NCBI GenBank assembly: GCA_964602785.1
Contig: CAZRSL010000006.1
Location: forward strand, 240-64,239
Length of the DNA stretch: 64,000 nucleotides
Origin: an uncultured Prevotella sp.
GTDB lineage: Bacteria > Bacteroidota > Bacteroidia > Bacteroidales > Bacteroidaceae
Direction: 5' to 3'
The translations under genes and the position numbers were made by a program. Shown piece by piece: positions 1 to 9,251 of this stretch (the first letter of the stretch is position 1; each line of letters opens with the position of its first letter). The notes below the pieces were generated by a model. That model worked only from the letters and a program-made list of their open reading frames with translations. It made no database searches and was not told the DNA's origin.

Positions 1-754
1 CCCAAATGGCATTGCCGCCATTGTCAAAGATTATCATCTTTGATCCAGCTACGGTAAATGGAAGGGCTTCCACCACACCGTCGGCGTAGGAAATGCTGAC
101 AACGCCTTTAAGACCATTGTCGCTTGCTTCCACAGAGTATGTGAGGTTTCCCTCATCAAATTGCTTCACAATCGACTCAGCATATTTGGCGACCCAATTA
201 CCAGCAGAGCCTGTGGGGAAACACAATGTCAACTGGTCGCCATTGTCGTTTAACTTCGACCATATAGTTCCAGTGAGCGCTCTTGCGCTTTTCGAATCCT
301 GCGTTTTCTCAAAGTTTAGTGTATTTCCGTCGCTTGTTTTCAAAACCATCTTTCTGTCATTGCAAGAGACGATGGTGTAAGTCATGGTTTTCTTCTTGCC
401 ATCGGTGAAACCGTTGAATGTTGACGAGCCTCTTTCGGTATATACCGACACATCATTATATATGGCAAATATCTGATTGCCGCTTAGAGTGTAGGTGCCT
501 TTGGCCGTTACACCCTCGTCTTGGTTGATCAAGTCGGTGAAGTAGATATTCCCCTGACCTTTAAAGTCGATAATCAACTCGCACGACTCTTCATCGTCGA
601 TGTCAACATACCAACTTCCTGAAATGACGGTGGAGTAGTCCACATTCTCAGTGGCTTCTTCATCATCGTCTTCACTGCACGATGTAAATGCCAGACCTGC
701 AACTGCCATCATCATAATGGCGAGCTTGTTCCAAAATAAAATCTTTGTTTTCAT
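1..754 (-). CDS. Lipoprotein of unknown function (3' end runs off the window)
   Basis: Not in the ORF track. Manual translation from ATG 754 gives MKTKILFWNKLAIMMMAVAGLAFTSC-SEDDDEE..., a lipobox followed by an acidic stretch typical of Bacteroidota surface lipoproteins; open to the window edge. Confidence 0.8.
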   Translation of the reverse strand, partial: MKTKILFWNKLAIMMMAVAGLAFTSCSEDDDEEATENVDYSTVISGSWYVDIDDEESCELIIDFKGQGNIYFTDLINQDEGVTAKGTYTLSGNQIFAIYNDVSVYTERGSSTFNGFTDGKKKTMTYTIVSCNDRKMVLKTSDGNTLNFEKTQDSKSARALTGTIWSKLNDNGDQLTLCFPTGSAGNWVAKYAESIVKQFDEGNLTYSVEASDNGLKGVVSISYADGVVEALPFTVAGSKMIIFDNGGNAIW

Positions 755-868
755 TGTTTCTAAAGCACTAAGTCCCGTGTCGTGCGCAACCATATAATTA
801 ATTGATGAATTATTTGTTACTTGACTTTCTCAAATATATAAACATCCACTTTGCGAAAGTTGAGTTTG

Positions 869-1711
869 TTAAATGCAACCTCCCAACGATATTTCAAAGT
901 AGCCTTTGCTTTCCCCATTCTTGTCGTTGAAAGGAATCAAATACGCACCTCCTAGTTCCACCCCCCACAAGTGAAGGCGAATGCCTAAACGACCATTAGT
1001 CTCCAGCCTGCCATCTGGCTTAACCGATTTTTTGACTTTTTGGGATCCAACACCTTGTTTTTGCACACACTTAACGACATAGTTGAAATCTATACCCGCA
1101 TACGGAACAAGGGCGAACTTGCTGTCACCCAGCCTAAAGCCAGCTTCTACAGGCAGATGAATGTAGTGATTTGTTATGTCTAAATTATTGGAACTCGACC
1201 GAGGATATGATGTGCTGAGGTTGTAAGTGCTATATCCTATCTTGGCTCCAACATAAAAATTATGGTTGAAGTTATAATTTGCACCTGCAGCCATAGTGAA
1301 AGCAAAACTCCTGCATTTTCCGCCTTCCACCTTAGGCCTTGGTGTGAAGCCGTATGAAAGATGGCTTGTTAAAGACCATTTTTGAAATTCATCATCGTCT
1401 GCACCTGAGGCTTTATAACTTGTTTCTGTTTGCTCCACCAATGCGCTCTCGCTTTTCACAGAACTTGCTTGCTCTTGTCTTTTAGAGCTGACATCGGGCA
1501 AGACAAGCTCCATTCCGACATACACAAATTGGGCGGCGTCGGGATTGAGCTTGACAATCTCGTCCTCGGAAACGGAATAGAGCTTGGCAATCGACGCAAG
1601 AGTTTCGCCGCGCTCCACCACGTGCTTAGTTGTGCCGCTTTGGGCAAAACATGGCACAACACTCATTGCAGCCAAAACGGCTAAGGCAATCGCTTTCTTT
1701 AATCTTTTCAT
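869..1711 (-). CDS. LysM domain plus outer-membrane beta-barrel protein
   Basis: Signal peptide; LysM (HVVERGETLASIAKLYSVSEDEIVKLNP); C-terminal amphipathic beta-strand pattern. Confidence 0.8.
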   Translation of the reverse strand: MKRLKKAIALAVLAAMSVVPCFAQSGTTKHVVERGETLASIAKLYSVSEDEIVKLNPDAAQFVYVGMELVLPDVSSKRQEQASSVKSESALVEQTETSYKASGADDDEFQKWSLTSHLSYGFTPRPKVEGGKCRSFAFTMAAGANYNFNHNFYVGAKIGYSTYNLSTSYPRSSSNNLDITNHYIHLPVEAGFRLGDSKFALVPYAGIDFNYVVKCVQKQGVGSQKVKKSVKPDGRLETNGRLGIRLHLWGVELGGAYLIPFNDKNGESKGYFEISLGGCI

Positions 1712-1724
1712 TTCGTATGATTAT

Positions 1725-2816
1725 TTAATGTTGACAATATGTACATTTTCCAGTTCCATTGCATAGGGTGCATTTCAGTGAATTCGCCCCCAGCCCAAAC
1801 GAGCCATTCATCAGGCCGTCTCCTCCGCACATTGCGCACTTTCCTGTATTGCCACAGTACCATTTCCCGTTTGATGCCTTTAAAGAAGGACAGTCTTTGC
1901 TTGTTGCACTACTGCCATGACTATAACTTCCTGCATGACTAACAGAAGTTTCACTTGTATTTGTTGTGGCATTTTGTGTTTCTTGATTCGCTTGTGCTTT
2001 CATCTGCATAAATTGCTCACGAGTCAAAGAAGGGTTAAATTGTCTTGCCTGTTGGTATTCCGCTTCATATTGGGCATTAACTTGTTGTATGGCATACCGA
2101 GGGTCTAACAAATAGTCTAAATTGTTATTACTCCGTGAAGTATAGGCACTTATGCTTGTTGAACTTTTAGCTTGCTGATTCGCAACAATTGCAGTCGTTG
2201 TAGCAGCAGCCGCAGCAACAAAAAGGCTTCCCCACATCTCGCCCCTGCGCTCCAATTGCTCTTCTCTGTATTTGCGTGCGCTTGCCAGCAGCGAAGTGCA
2301 ATGGGAGCGTATGTTGCCCGTGCATCTCGAATCGGCCAAGGCGCATTCGAAATCCTTGATGGAGCTCTTCCATTTGCTTTGGTTGTAGTAGGCCAAAGCT
2401 CTGCCGTAGTAGGCGTCGACGCAAGAGTACTCGCTCGACTTGTATGCCTTTATAATCTTGCTGTAAGCCTTGGCCGCCTTGCTGTATTCCTCTTTGCTAA
2501 GCAGTTCGTCGGCCTCCTTGCAAGCCTCGCTGATGGCTGTGCGAACGCTGACAGCCTCGGCCACAAGCGACGGCGACACGTTTGCTAAAGCCACGTCGGC
2601 CTGGTCGCAGGGAACTTCCAGTTCCATGCCGGCATATACAAATTCGGAAGCGTCAGGATTCAACTCCACAAGCCGCTCTGTGGTTGTTCCGTAAAGTTTG
2701 GCCACAGACGCCAACGTCTCGCCCCTGTCAACAATGTGCTTGATGATGTTGTCTTGCGAATGGACATGGCAACTGATTATCATCAGCAAAATGATTAAAC
2801 CTGTTGTGCGTCTCAT
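1725..2816 (-). CDS. LysM-TPR protein with hydrophobic helix and C-terminal CxxCxGxG zinc finger
   Basis: LysM (HIVDRGETLASVAKLYGTT), TPR-like AYYGRALAYYNQSKWKSSIKDF, Ala-rich hydrophobic helix, CAMCGGDG...CTLCNGTGKC. ATG at 2816 preferred over TTG 2825. Confidence 0.8.
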   Translation of the reverse strand: MRRTTGLIILLMIISCHVHSQDNIIKHIVDRGETLASVAKLYGTTTERLVELNPDASEFVYAGMELEVPCDQADVALANVSPSLVAEAVSVRTAISEACKEADELLSKEEYSKAAKAYSKIIKAYKSSEYSCVDAYYGRALAYYNQSKWKSSIKDFECALADSRCTGNIRSHCTSLLASARKYREEQLERRGEMWGSLFVAAAAATTTAIVANQQAKSSTSISAYTSRSNNNLDYLLDPRYAIQQVNAQYEAEYQQARQFNPSLTREQFMQMKAQANQETQNATTNTSETSVSHAGSYSHGSSATSKDCPSLKASNGKWYCGNTGKCAMCGGDGLMNGSFGLGANSLKCTLCNGTGKCTYCQH

Positions 2817-2821
2817 CTCCG

Positions 2822-3715
2822 TCAATTGGTTTGGATTATAAGATAATTAGAGATTCGCCAGAACTCCGATGGCGTTTTCACCTTGAGGGTGAAGTTGCCG
2901 CTCCCTGTGGTTGTCAGCTCATACGACGACGATGGCATGTTGGTGAGAATGCGCGGACGTTTTGCAGTAAAGCTGATTTCAGTCCATGTTCTGATGTCGA
3001 CCTTGGCGAATTTCGTCCTGTCCAAGCTGGCTCCAGTAGCCAGTCGGTTCTTTTTGGTGAGTATTCCTTTTCGCTTCAAGTCGTCTTTGGTTCCTATCAT
3101 CACGTAGCCATTGTTGAGCATCGCGTCTTGCCGGGCCAAAGCTTCGCTCTGTTTCTTAGTGCGTTTGTTCAGCTCGCTGATGGTGGCGTTCTGCGTTTCT
3201 ATGGTCGACCGCTGCGTGTCGAAGCGTGATTGGAGCCGCGACAGGTCGACGTTCTTTTTCTCCAGTTCCCTCCTCAGCTGTGCTATTTGCTTGTCCTTGG
3301 CTTCTATCTGCTCCCGCAAATGAGCCAGGAGCTTAAGCGATTTTTCTTCGTCTGCCGACATGCCATCCTGGCGCTTCTCCCCAAGTTGTCGCTCCAGTTG
3401 GTTGATTCTTTCTTTCTGCCTTTTGAGCACACTTTCAAATCGCGTCAGGTTGTCTTTCACTTCATCTCTGCTGATGGGCGTCTCGGAGTTCCGCTTGATG
3501 AAAACTATGTCCTCTTGATAAGCTATCGAGTCGTATGTTGAGTTGATTATGTCAATCATCCGGTCGTAGCTGTCAAGCTTAATTGCGTTGATGTTGCTTA
3601 TGTTGCGGAGGGAATCGCGCTCCTCAACAGTTCTCGAGAACTCCTTGTCCGATTTTCCACAACCAATAACAAGTAGCAGAACTGCTACGGCGGGAACGTA
3701 TATGCTTCTTTTCAT
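2822..3715 (-). CDS. Coiled-coil lipoprotein, resembling the Bacteroidales Cbp1-like adhesin family
   Basis: Lipobox VIGC, long heptad coiled coil, C-terminal GYVMIGTKDDLKRKGIL...FWRISNYLII domain. Family assignment from memory. Confidence 0.6.
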   Translation of the reverse strand: MKRSIYVPAVAVLLLVIGCGKSDKEFSRTVEERDSLRNISNINAIKLDSYDRMIDIINSTYDSIAYQEDIVFIKRNSETPISRDEVKDNLTRFESVLKRQKERINQLERQLGEKRQDGMSADEEKSLKLLAHLREQIEAKDKQIAQLRRELEKKNVDLSRLQSRFDTQRSTIETQNATISELNKRTKKQSEALARQDAMLNNGYVMIGTKDDLKRKGILTKKNRLATGASLDRTKFAKVDIRTWTEISFTAKRPRILTNMPSSSYELTTTGSGNFTLKVKTPSEFWRISNYLIIQTN

Positions 3716-3721
3716 ACGGCG

Positions 3722-4453
3722 TTATTTCTTTGGTTGGTAAATCAGAAGTTGTGTTCCTGCGCCAAGAGGTGATGTCGGCTTCAAGCGAGATGGCAAATCG
3801 TTCCACTCGACTATCTCCTCTGGCGTCACATTATATGTCTTAGCTATCTTGTTAAGGGTTTCCCCCTTTTCCACAGCGTGGAACAAGACTACATATTCTG
3901 GCTGCCCTTGTTCCTCGACTTTGGTGTCTGGTTCGGTGTCGACCACAGGCTCTGCTTTCTTCTCTGCGGGGGTAATCACATCTATCAATCCGCTTTTGTA
4001 TCTTATCATGAAAACATCAGCCTTGTCGAACTCCCCGTATGGGGCAATGCCTCTCTTCAATCCCAGATGCCCTTTCTTGGCGGCTTTGATAGAATAAGCG
4101 ATATGGTTTTCCTTTATTATTATGTCCTCGACGGCAATCTCGGCTCCCTGTATTAAATAGATGACGTTTTTGTGTTTCACGTCGGCCCGTTTTGGCTCAC
4201 CTGTTATGCGCTTGCCATCTGGGGTGATGTAAATGTTGCCTTGCTTCTCGATATAGACCATGTAGACATCTGTCGACGGCACTTCTTGCATGATGCCAGC
4301 CTTTCCCACATTCTTGAAAACAAGCTTCTCGTTGTTTATCTGATACAGCTTGATGTCTCTTTCAGTCCCATTCCTGAAGATGATATGGTCTTGCGCCATA
4401 CATGTGCTAATGGAAATGAATGCGCAGACGATTATAGAAATAATGCTTCTCAT
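3722..4453 (-). CDS. Secreted protein with C-terminal LysM domain
   Basis: Signal peptide ending AQD; C-terminal FHAVEKGETLNKIAKTYNVTPEEIVEWNDL. Confidence 0.8.
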   Translation of the reverse strand: MRSIISIIVCAFISISTCMAQDHIIFRNGTERDIKLYQINNEKLVFKNVGKAGIMQEVPSTDVYMVYIEKQGNIYITPDGKRITGEPKRADVKHKNVIYLIQGAEIAVEDIIIKENHIAYSIKAAKKGHLGLKRGIAPYGEFDKADVFMIRYKSGLIDVITPAEKKAEPVVDTEPDTKVEEQGQPEYVVLFHAVEKGETLNKIAKTYNVTPEEIVEWNDLPSRLKPTSPLGAGTQLLIYQPKK

Positions 4454-4490
4454 TTTGCTTTTTTTATTGAATAATGTTTACAGCAATCCG

Positions 4491-7064
4491 TTACATCCAT
4501 TCCAAAACGGGGAAGCCGTCGCTTCCTGCTTTCCATTTGCCCCAACTTGACTGTGCCCTTGAGTTCAGCAGATTCAGGAAGTCCGCACTCTTCAGCTCGT
4601 TTTCAGTTTTGCTGCTGTTGTTGGAACTGGTGCCTTTGTAAGTAGAGCCTATAGCGGCCAAACCACTTTGGAAGAGATAATAATTGTATGACACGCTGAT
4701 ACCGTTATTGTATCCCAATACTGCCCCAACATTTTTGGAGGCTTTAATGTTGGTGCTAAGGTTTAAGCAGTTTTGAACTTTATATGAAGTTGATTTCCCC
4801 ATAACCCCACCAATTCCTCCTGCCGTGGCTTCATCTGCTTTAACATCTCCTGTATTTAAGCAATTATAGACATAAGTGGAAAGCGAATTTGCCAAAATCC
4901 CACCAACAATACTTGATCCTGATAGGCTGCCACTATTGCAACATGATATTATGGTTGTTCCTGTTGAACATATGCCAATAATTCCACCAACATCGTCGCC
5001 ACCGACCACGTTTCCTTTGTTCAAGCTTTTGGAAATTGTGACTTTATTACTATTACTGTTGTTATTTCCAACAATGCCGCCCAATGCGTTTCCTCCTGCT
5101 ATTGTTGCTTCATTTGTACAAAAGGTTATGCTTGTTTCTTTACTGCCGTTATAGTATTCCAGTAAACTTGAGGGAATTGTTGTGCCCATGTAATTTGGCC
5201 TGGTATTGCCTGCGATACCTCCAACATAAGCACTACCGTTAAAATAAGAGTCTTTTATAGTAAGATTCTTAACACTACCATACAGTTTTCCGAAAAATCC
5301 GATATTTTCTCCTTTGGGCCGATTGCAGTATAAGCCACTTATGGAGTGTCCATTTCCATCAAATGTTCCACAGAAGAAATATGACGGATTGTAGCGTCCT
5401 ATTGGTATCCATGGCTCAAAGTTGCTGCCGTCACCATTCAACTCTCCATTTCTGTTCAGCACATTTCTATTGATGGTGATGTCGGCCACCAATTTCACAT
5501 ATTGGTTTTTGAAAGTGTTGCCAGTTCTGACGGCGTCGGAGAAATAGCGCAATTCGGCAGCGGAAGAAATGGTGTAGGGATTGGAGCTTGTACCAGTTCC
5601 ACCAGAGAACCCGTCTGCCACGTACCCCCTTCGGGAATCTTTAGCGTCGGCTTCATCTTGGTTTCTGTCGCTATATTCAGCATTGTCCGGGTCTTCGGAG
5701 TCTGAATCGCCAGAACCTTCTCCAGTCAGACTTGCATCCTCAATGGTTGACTTGAACTTGCTCCATGGCGAAACCTTGGCATAGGCAGACTTGCAGCCTT
5801 TAGGCACATACAAAGTCCACCCGCTCTCGCGTGACGCCCATGTTGAACCCCCGACTATAACATCTCCTGCTGTGGATGGTGGTTCTGAAAGGTTGACATA
5901 CATATTCCCCGAGCTGGCGGTGACGAATGTTTTGGCTCCCATCTTCTTTAGTCCTGTGCCTATTACGATTTTTGTGAAACTGCCCTCAAAGGCTGTGGCT
6001 CCGATTGATTGCAAGCTGTTAGGCAATGTCAGCTCTTTGCTTGTGCCACAGACATTGCCAAGAAATGCACCGTTGCCTATTGTCTCAACTCCCTCAGAGA
6101 AGGTCAAAGAGCTAATCTTTGCATCTTCAAAAGCAAAATCACCGATGCTTCTAAGTTCAGTGCCAAAGTCTACTTTCATCATACTAAGGGCACAACCATA
6201 AAAGGCATAATCACCAATCTCTTCAATCTTTTCTAAGGATGACGGCGAAAACTGTTTTAGATTCTTGCAGCCAGCAAAAGCCTCTTTGCCTATGTAAGCA
6301 ATATCTTCGCCAAGCCAGATGTTTGTTACCAACGACCCTTTAAACGCTCCATCCCCGATTCTTGTCAGCGACTTGTCGGGAGTCTCAATTTCTGTGATGT
6401 TGAGAACAGCAAAAGCGTTGTTGCCTATCGATGTAACGCCTTCGTTGATGACGACCCTATTAGGCAAACGGTTGTTCTTTCCCCATGGGGTGGCTGAATA
6501 TGATGAATAGTCTGCCATTTCTCCGTCGCCATCAATCCATAAAGCGTTCATCAAATCACTGTACCACATGCAGTCGCCAGTTGTTCCTTGTATGGTGTTT
6601 ATCCATTGGTAATCTGAAGCGGTTATTTCTTCTCTGGAGAATCGTATGTTGTTGGCTTGCAACACGTCATTGGAGAGGTCAAAGCCGTTTATTGAAAGGA
6701 TATTGTCTGTTATATAATCCAATTCCACATCGTTGCCTTTCGTGTAGTATTTAAAGTGGGCAACGGCTCTGCTCTTTGAGGTTCCTTGGTTAGAGTAAGA
6801 GTCTTTTTGTGAATGATAGATTATGCCATTTGTCAGCGAATGGAAGTATACTGTAACAACCTCGTCATGGGTGCCAACGTAGTCGTCGCCAATGCTATAA
6901 TCCCAATTTTTCAGTTCCCATTTGCTTCCAACAAGTTTTTTGTTGCTCTCCGTAGTTAAACCATTTTCTCCCTCGCTTTCCTTGTCTGTGCTGCAAGATG
7001 ATAGTCCCACGCAGATTACCGCCATGAAAGTGAATAATCGCGATAAATAATTCCTTGTTTTCAT
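4491..7064 (-). CDS. Surface lipoprotein with BspA-type leucine-rich repeats and GLUG/beta-helix domain
   Basis: Start MKTRNY (7064) with lipobox LSSC; repeats of xxIGxxAF; SGGTGTSSNPYTISSA and VGGIxG repeats. Confidence 0.85.
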   Translation of the reverse strand: MKTRNYLSRLFTFMAVICVGLSSCSTDKESEGENGLTTESNKKLVGSKWELKNWDYSIGDDYVGTHDEVVTVYFHSLTNGIIYHSQKDSYSNQGTSKSRAVAHFKYYTKGNDVELDYITDNILSINGFDLSNDVLQANNIRFSREEITASDYQWINTIQGTTGDCMWYSDLMNALWIDGDGEMADYSSYSATPWGKNNRLPNRVVINEGVTSIGNNAFAVLNITEIETPDKSLTRIGDGAFKGSLVTNIWLGEDIAYIGKEAFAGCKNLKQFSPSSLEKIEEIGDYAFYGCALSMMKVDFGTELRSIGDFAFEDAKISSLTFSEGVETIGNGAFLGNVCGTSKELTLPNSLQSIGATAFEGSFTKIVIGTGLKKMGAKTFVTASSGNMYVNLSEPPSTAGDVIVGGSTWASRESGWTLYVPKGCKSAYAKVSPWSKFKSTIEDASLTGEGSGDSDSEDPDNAEYSDRNQDEADAKDSRRGYVADGFSGGTGTSSNPYTISSAAELRYFSDAVRTGNTFKNQYVKLVADITINRNVLNRNGELNGDGSNFEPWIPIGRYNPSYFFCGTFDGNGHSISGLYCNRPKGENIGFFGKLYGSVKNLTIKDSYFNGSAYVGGIAGNTRPNYMGTTIPSSLLEYYNGSKETSITFCTNEATIAGGNALGGIVGNNNSNSNKVTISKSLNKGNVVGGDDVGGIIGICSTGTTIISCCNSGSLSGSSIVGGILANSLSTYVYNCLNTGDVKADEATAGGIGGVMGKSTSYKVQNCLNLSTNIKASKNVGAVLGYNNGISVSYNYYLFQSGLAAIGSTYKGTSSNNSSKTENELKSADFLNLLNSRAQSSWGKWKAGSDGFPVLEWM

Positions 7065-7121
7065 AATTATAATGCACTTTGTCCGTGTTGTGCGCAACCA
7101 TTATAACATGTTTTATTTTCT

Positions 7122-7943
7122 TTATTTGAATTGTTGTTCTCGTAGCTCAGAAGCGTCGGTTTTGTCTCCAACAATTAGTCTTAGGTGCTTCAAGTCGTTG
7201 TCTGCAAGTGGATAACTGCCGCATCGCTCATGATGGCTGAGCACTCGCTTGGCGCGCCGCTGGTTGAGCATGGCATGTTTTTCCGCCTTCATGTAATACT
7301 TGATGGCAAGCTGCTCGTTCCTGATTCCATCTTGGTCAGCGTCATAGTATTTGTCACCAAGCTTGGCATATATTATTGGCAGGTCATCAGCCATTTGGAG
7401 CAATATGGTATCTTCGACATTATCATTCAACAACATTTTATAGATTTTCGCAAATGTGGAGCCTTCGTCCTCTGCTTGCTTAATAAGTTCAACGCATCTA
7501 ATAGTATCGCCTCTACTGGCGGCCATTTCCGCTGCAATCACCTTGGCTTCAGAAACGTTTTTCTTCATAAGCACATTGACAATGCTGTCGCTGTTAAGGC
7601 CAGGAGGGGCTGAAAACAACATGTAAAGAGCCTTGTAATCATCGCTGTCGGGCAAGCCATTTATGTAGTTGCCAACACTGCTAATGGCTCCACGCTGCGC
7701 TGCCATTTCTGCCATGGAAATCATGCACAAAAAGTCTTTCTTCACCCCTTCGCCTTTTCTGTAGCATTCGGCAAGTTTCAAGTAGGCGTTTGCGTCGCCC
7801 CATCGTGCCTGTTCCACCAATAGCTCTTTGAAGTCTGTCAAATCTTTACAACATCTGAGGCTTACGGATGTAGCCCTGCTAATTGCTTGTTGTGCAAGAC
7901 ATGCTGCAATCATCAATGCTGCCAGAAGTGTTGGTCTTTTCAT
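7122..7943 (-). CDS. Sel1-like repeat protein, secreted
   Basis: Signal peptide; GDANAYLKLAECYRKGEGVKKD Sel1 motif. Confidence 0.75.
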   Translation of the reverse strand: MKRPTLLAALMIAACLAQQAISRATSVSLRCCKDLTDFKELLVEQARWGDANAYLKLAECYRKGEGVKKDFLCMISMAEMAAQRGAISSVGNYINGLPDSDDYKALYMLFSAPPGLNSDSIVNVLMKKNVSEAKVIAAEMAASRGDTIRCVELIKQAEDEGSTFAKIYKMLLNDNVEDTILLQMADDLPIIYAKLGDKYYDADQDGIRNEQLAIKYYMKAEKHAMLNQRRAKRVLSHHERCGSYPLADNDLKHLRLIVGDKTDASELREQQFK

Positions 7944-7984
7944 TTTCTTTTATTTAACTCATGTCGTAAGCGGCCTATTAATTA

Positions 7985-8449
7985 TTACCTGTATTCCACT
8001 TCGTATTGGCCGCCCCTTCCTCCACACATGGGGCATCTTCCTTCTCGACATACGGGACAATCCTCCTGGTTTCCGTTGTAAGGATTAAATTGGACACCTT
8101 GCCCATAACAGTAATTACAATTTCCACTTCCAAAGCAATTAACGCAGTTATGCCACACTTGCATAGGAACTGCCTCTCTCGAACTTGATTTGACCTCACT
8201 TTCCGATTGTTGGTTTTGCGCATCTCGTTGTTCCGTATCATGAGGAACAGGTGCCTCGAATGCTGATCTTACAAGTTTTGCCGAATCTACTGGATCAGGT
8301 GCTTCGAACACTGCTTCTTCTACTCCTGTCGTATCCATTATTATAGTGTCCCTTTCTGGGACGTTATCCGCATTGCGGCATGTTTTTGTTAAAAGGAACA
8401 AATTTGAAGCTACTAATAGTGCAAACAATAAATAAAATAACTTTTTCAT
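7985..8449 (-). CDS. Membrane-anchored or secreted protein with DnaJ-type CxxCxGxG zinc finger
   Basis: N-terminal hydrophobic segment; CVNCFGSG-CNYCYGQG...CPVC...CPMCGGRG. Confidence 0.7.
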   Translation of the reverse strand: MKKLFYLLFALLVASNLFLLTKTCRNADNVPERDTIIMDTTGVEEAVFEAPDPVDSAKLVRSAFEAPVPHDTEQRDAQNQQSESEVKSSSREAVPMQVWHNCVNCFGSGNCNYCYGQGVQFNPYNGNQEDCPVCREGRCPMCGGRGGQYEVEYR

Positions 8450-8516
8450 TTTTATTTTTAAAGGTTGTTATTTGAATTATAATAATTATAATATCGAGAA
8501 ATATGCTCCAACCACT

Positions 8517-9251
8517 CTATTTCTTTACGTTTTCCATGAAAGCACTTGGTATATATGCTGTGCATGCCGTCAGTAGTCCTTCAACGATTACAGCTACACG
8601 CTGTTGCCCTTTATAGCGTTTTACAATCCCAGTGACGCCTTTGAAATCGCCGTGGATGACTTTGACCAACTGGCCAGCTTTGAAATTGTGGATTTCATTT
8701 GTCGACAGGATTACATCTTTTGCTTCGGCATTGCATATTATGCGGAAGCTTTCCATCTGGTGGTCGGGCACAGTCAGTGGCTCTTTGATCTTAGTATGAC
8801 CAATGGTAACTGTGCGGTAGTAAAAACGAAGGAAAGGGAGGTTGATATTGTCGTAGACGTGTAGTTTGATTTCGTCCTCAGTGCCGTAGGCGAAGAAAAT
8901 GTTTGGGATGCGAGATTTCTCTATGGTCTTTTTCTTTCCGCCGACCATCTTCACGGTGGTCAGCGTGGGGTAGAATGCCGTGACATTCTTACTGCTCAAA
9001 TACTCGTATGCTTTCTTTTCTCGACCGTATGTCGTGCGCAAAGCATACCAGCGGCGGAATTTCTCAAGTCTTCTTTTGCCAGCAAAGGCCTCTGAACCCG
9101 GCGGGGCGTTTTCGGTGGACACCCCTGTTTGTGAGTTCTCGGCCAAAGGTGGCTTTCGAACTTCGGGGAGGGCATCGGGAATCGACCCAATGCGGGGAGA
9201 GGACTTGCCGCCTCCGTTGATGTCATCCATATTCTTGTTCGCAATATCCAT
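8517..9251 (-). CDS. upxY: UpxY-family (NusG paralog) transcription antiterminator
   Basis: NGN domain (WYALRTTYGREKKA...IPNIFF) and KOW domain (GQLVKVIHGDFKGVTG...GQQRVAV); ~65-aa N-terminal extension, start codon uncertain. Confidence 0.85.
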   Translation of the reverse strand: MDIANKNMDDINGGGKSSPRIGSIPDALPEVRKPPLAENSQTGVSTENAPPGSEAFAGKRRLEKFRRWYALRTTYGREKKAYEYLSSKNVTAFYPTLTTVKMVGGKKKTIEKSRIPNIFFAYGTEDEIKLHVYDNINLPFLRFYYRTVTIGHTKIKEPLTVPDHQMESFRIICNAEAKDVILSTNEIHNFKAGQLVKVIHGDFKGVTGIVKRYKGQQRVAVIVEGLLTACTAYIPSAFMENVKK

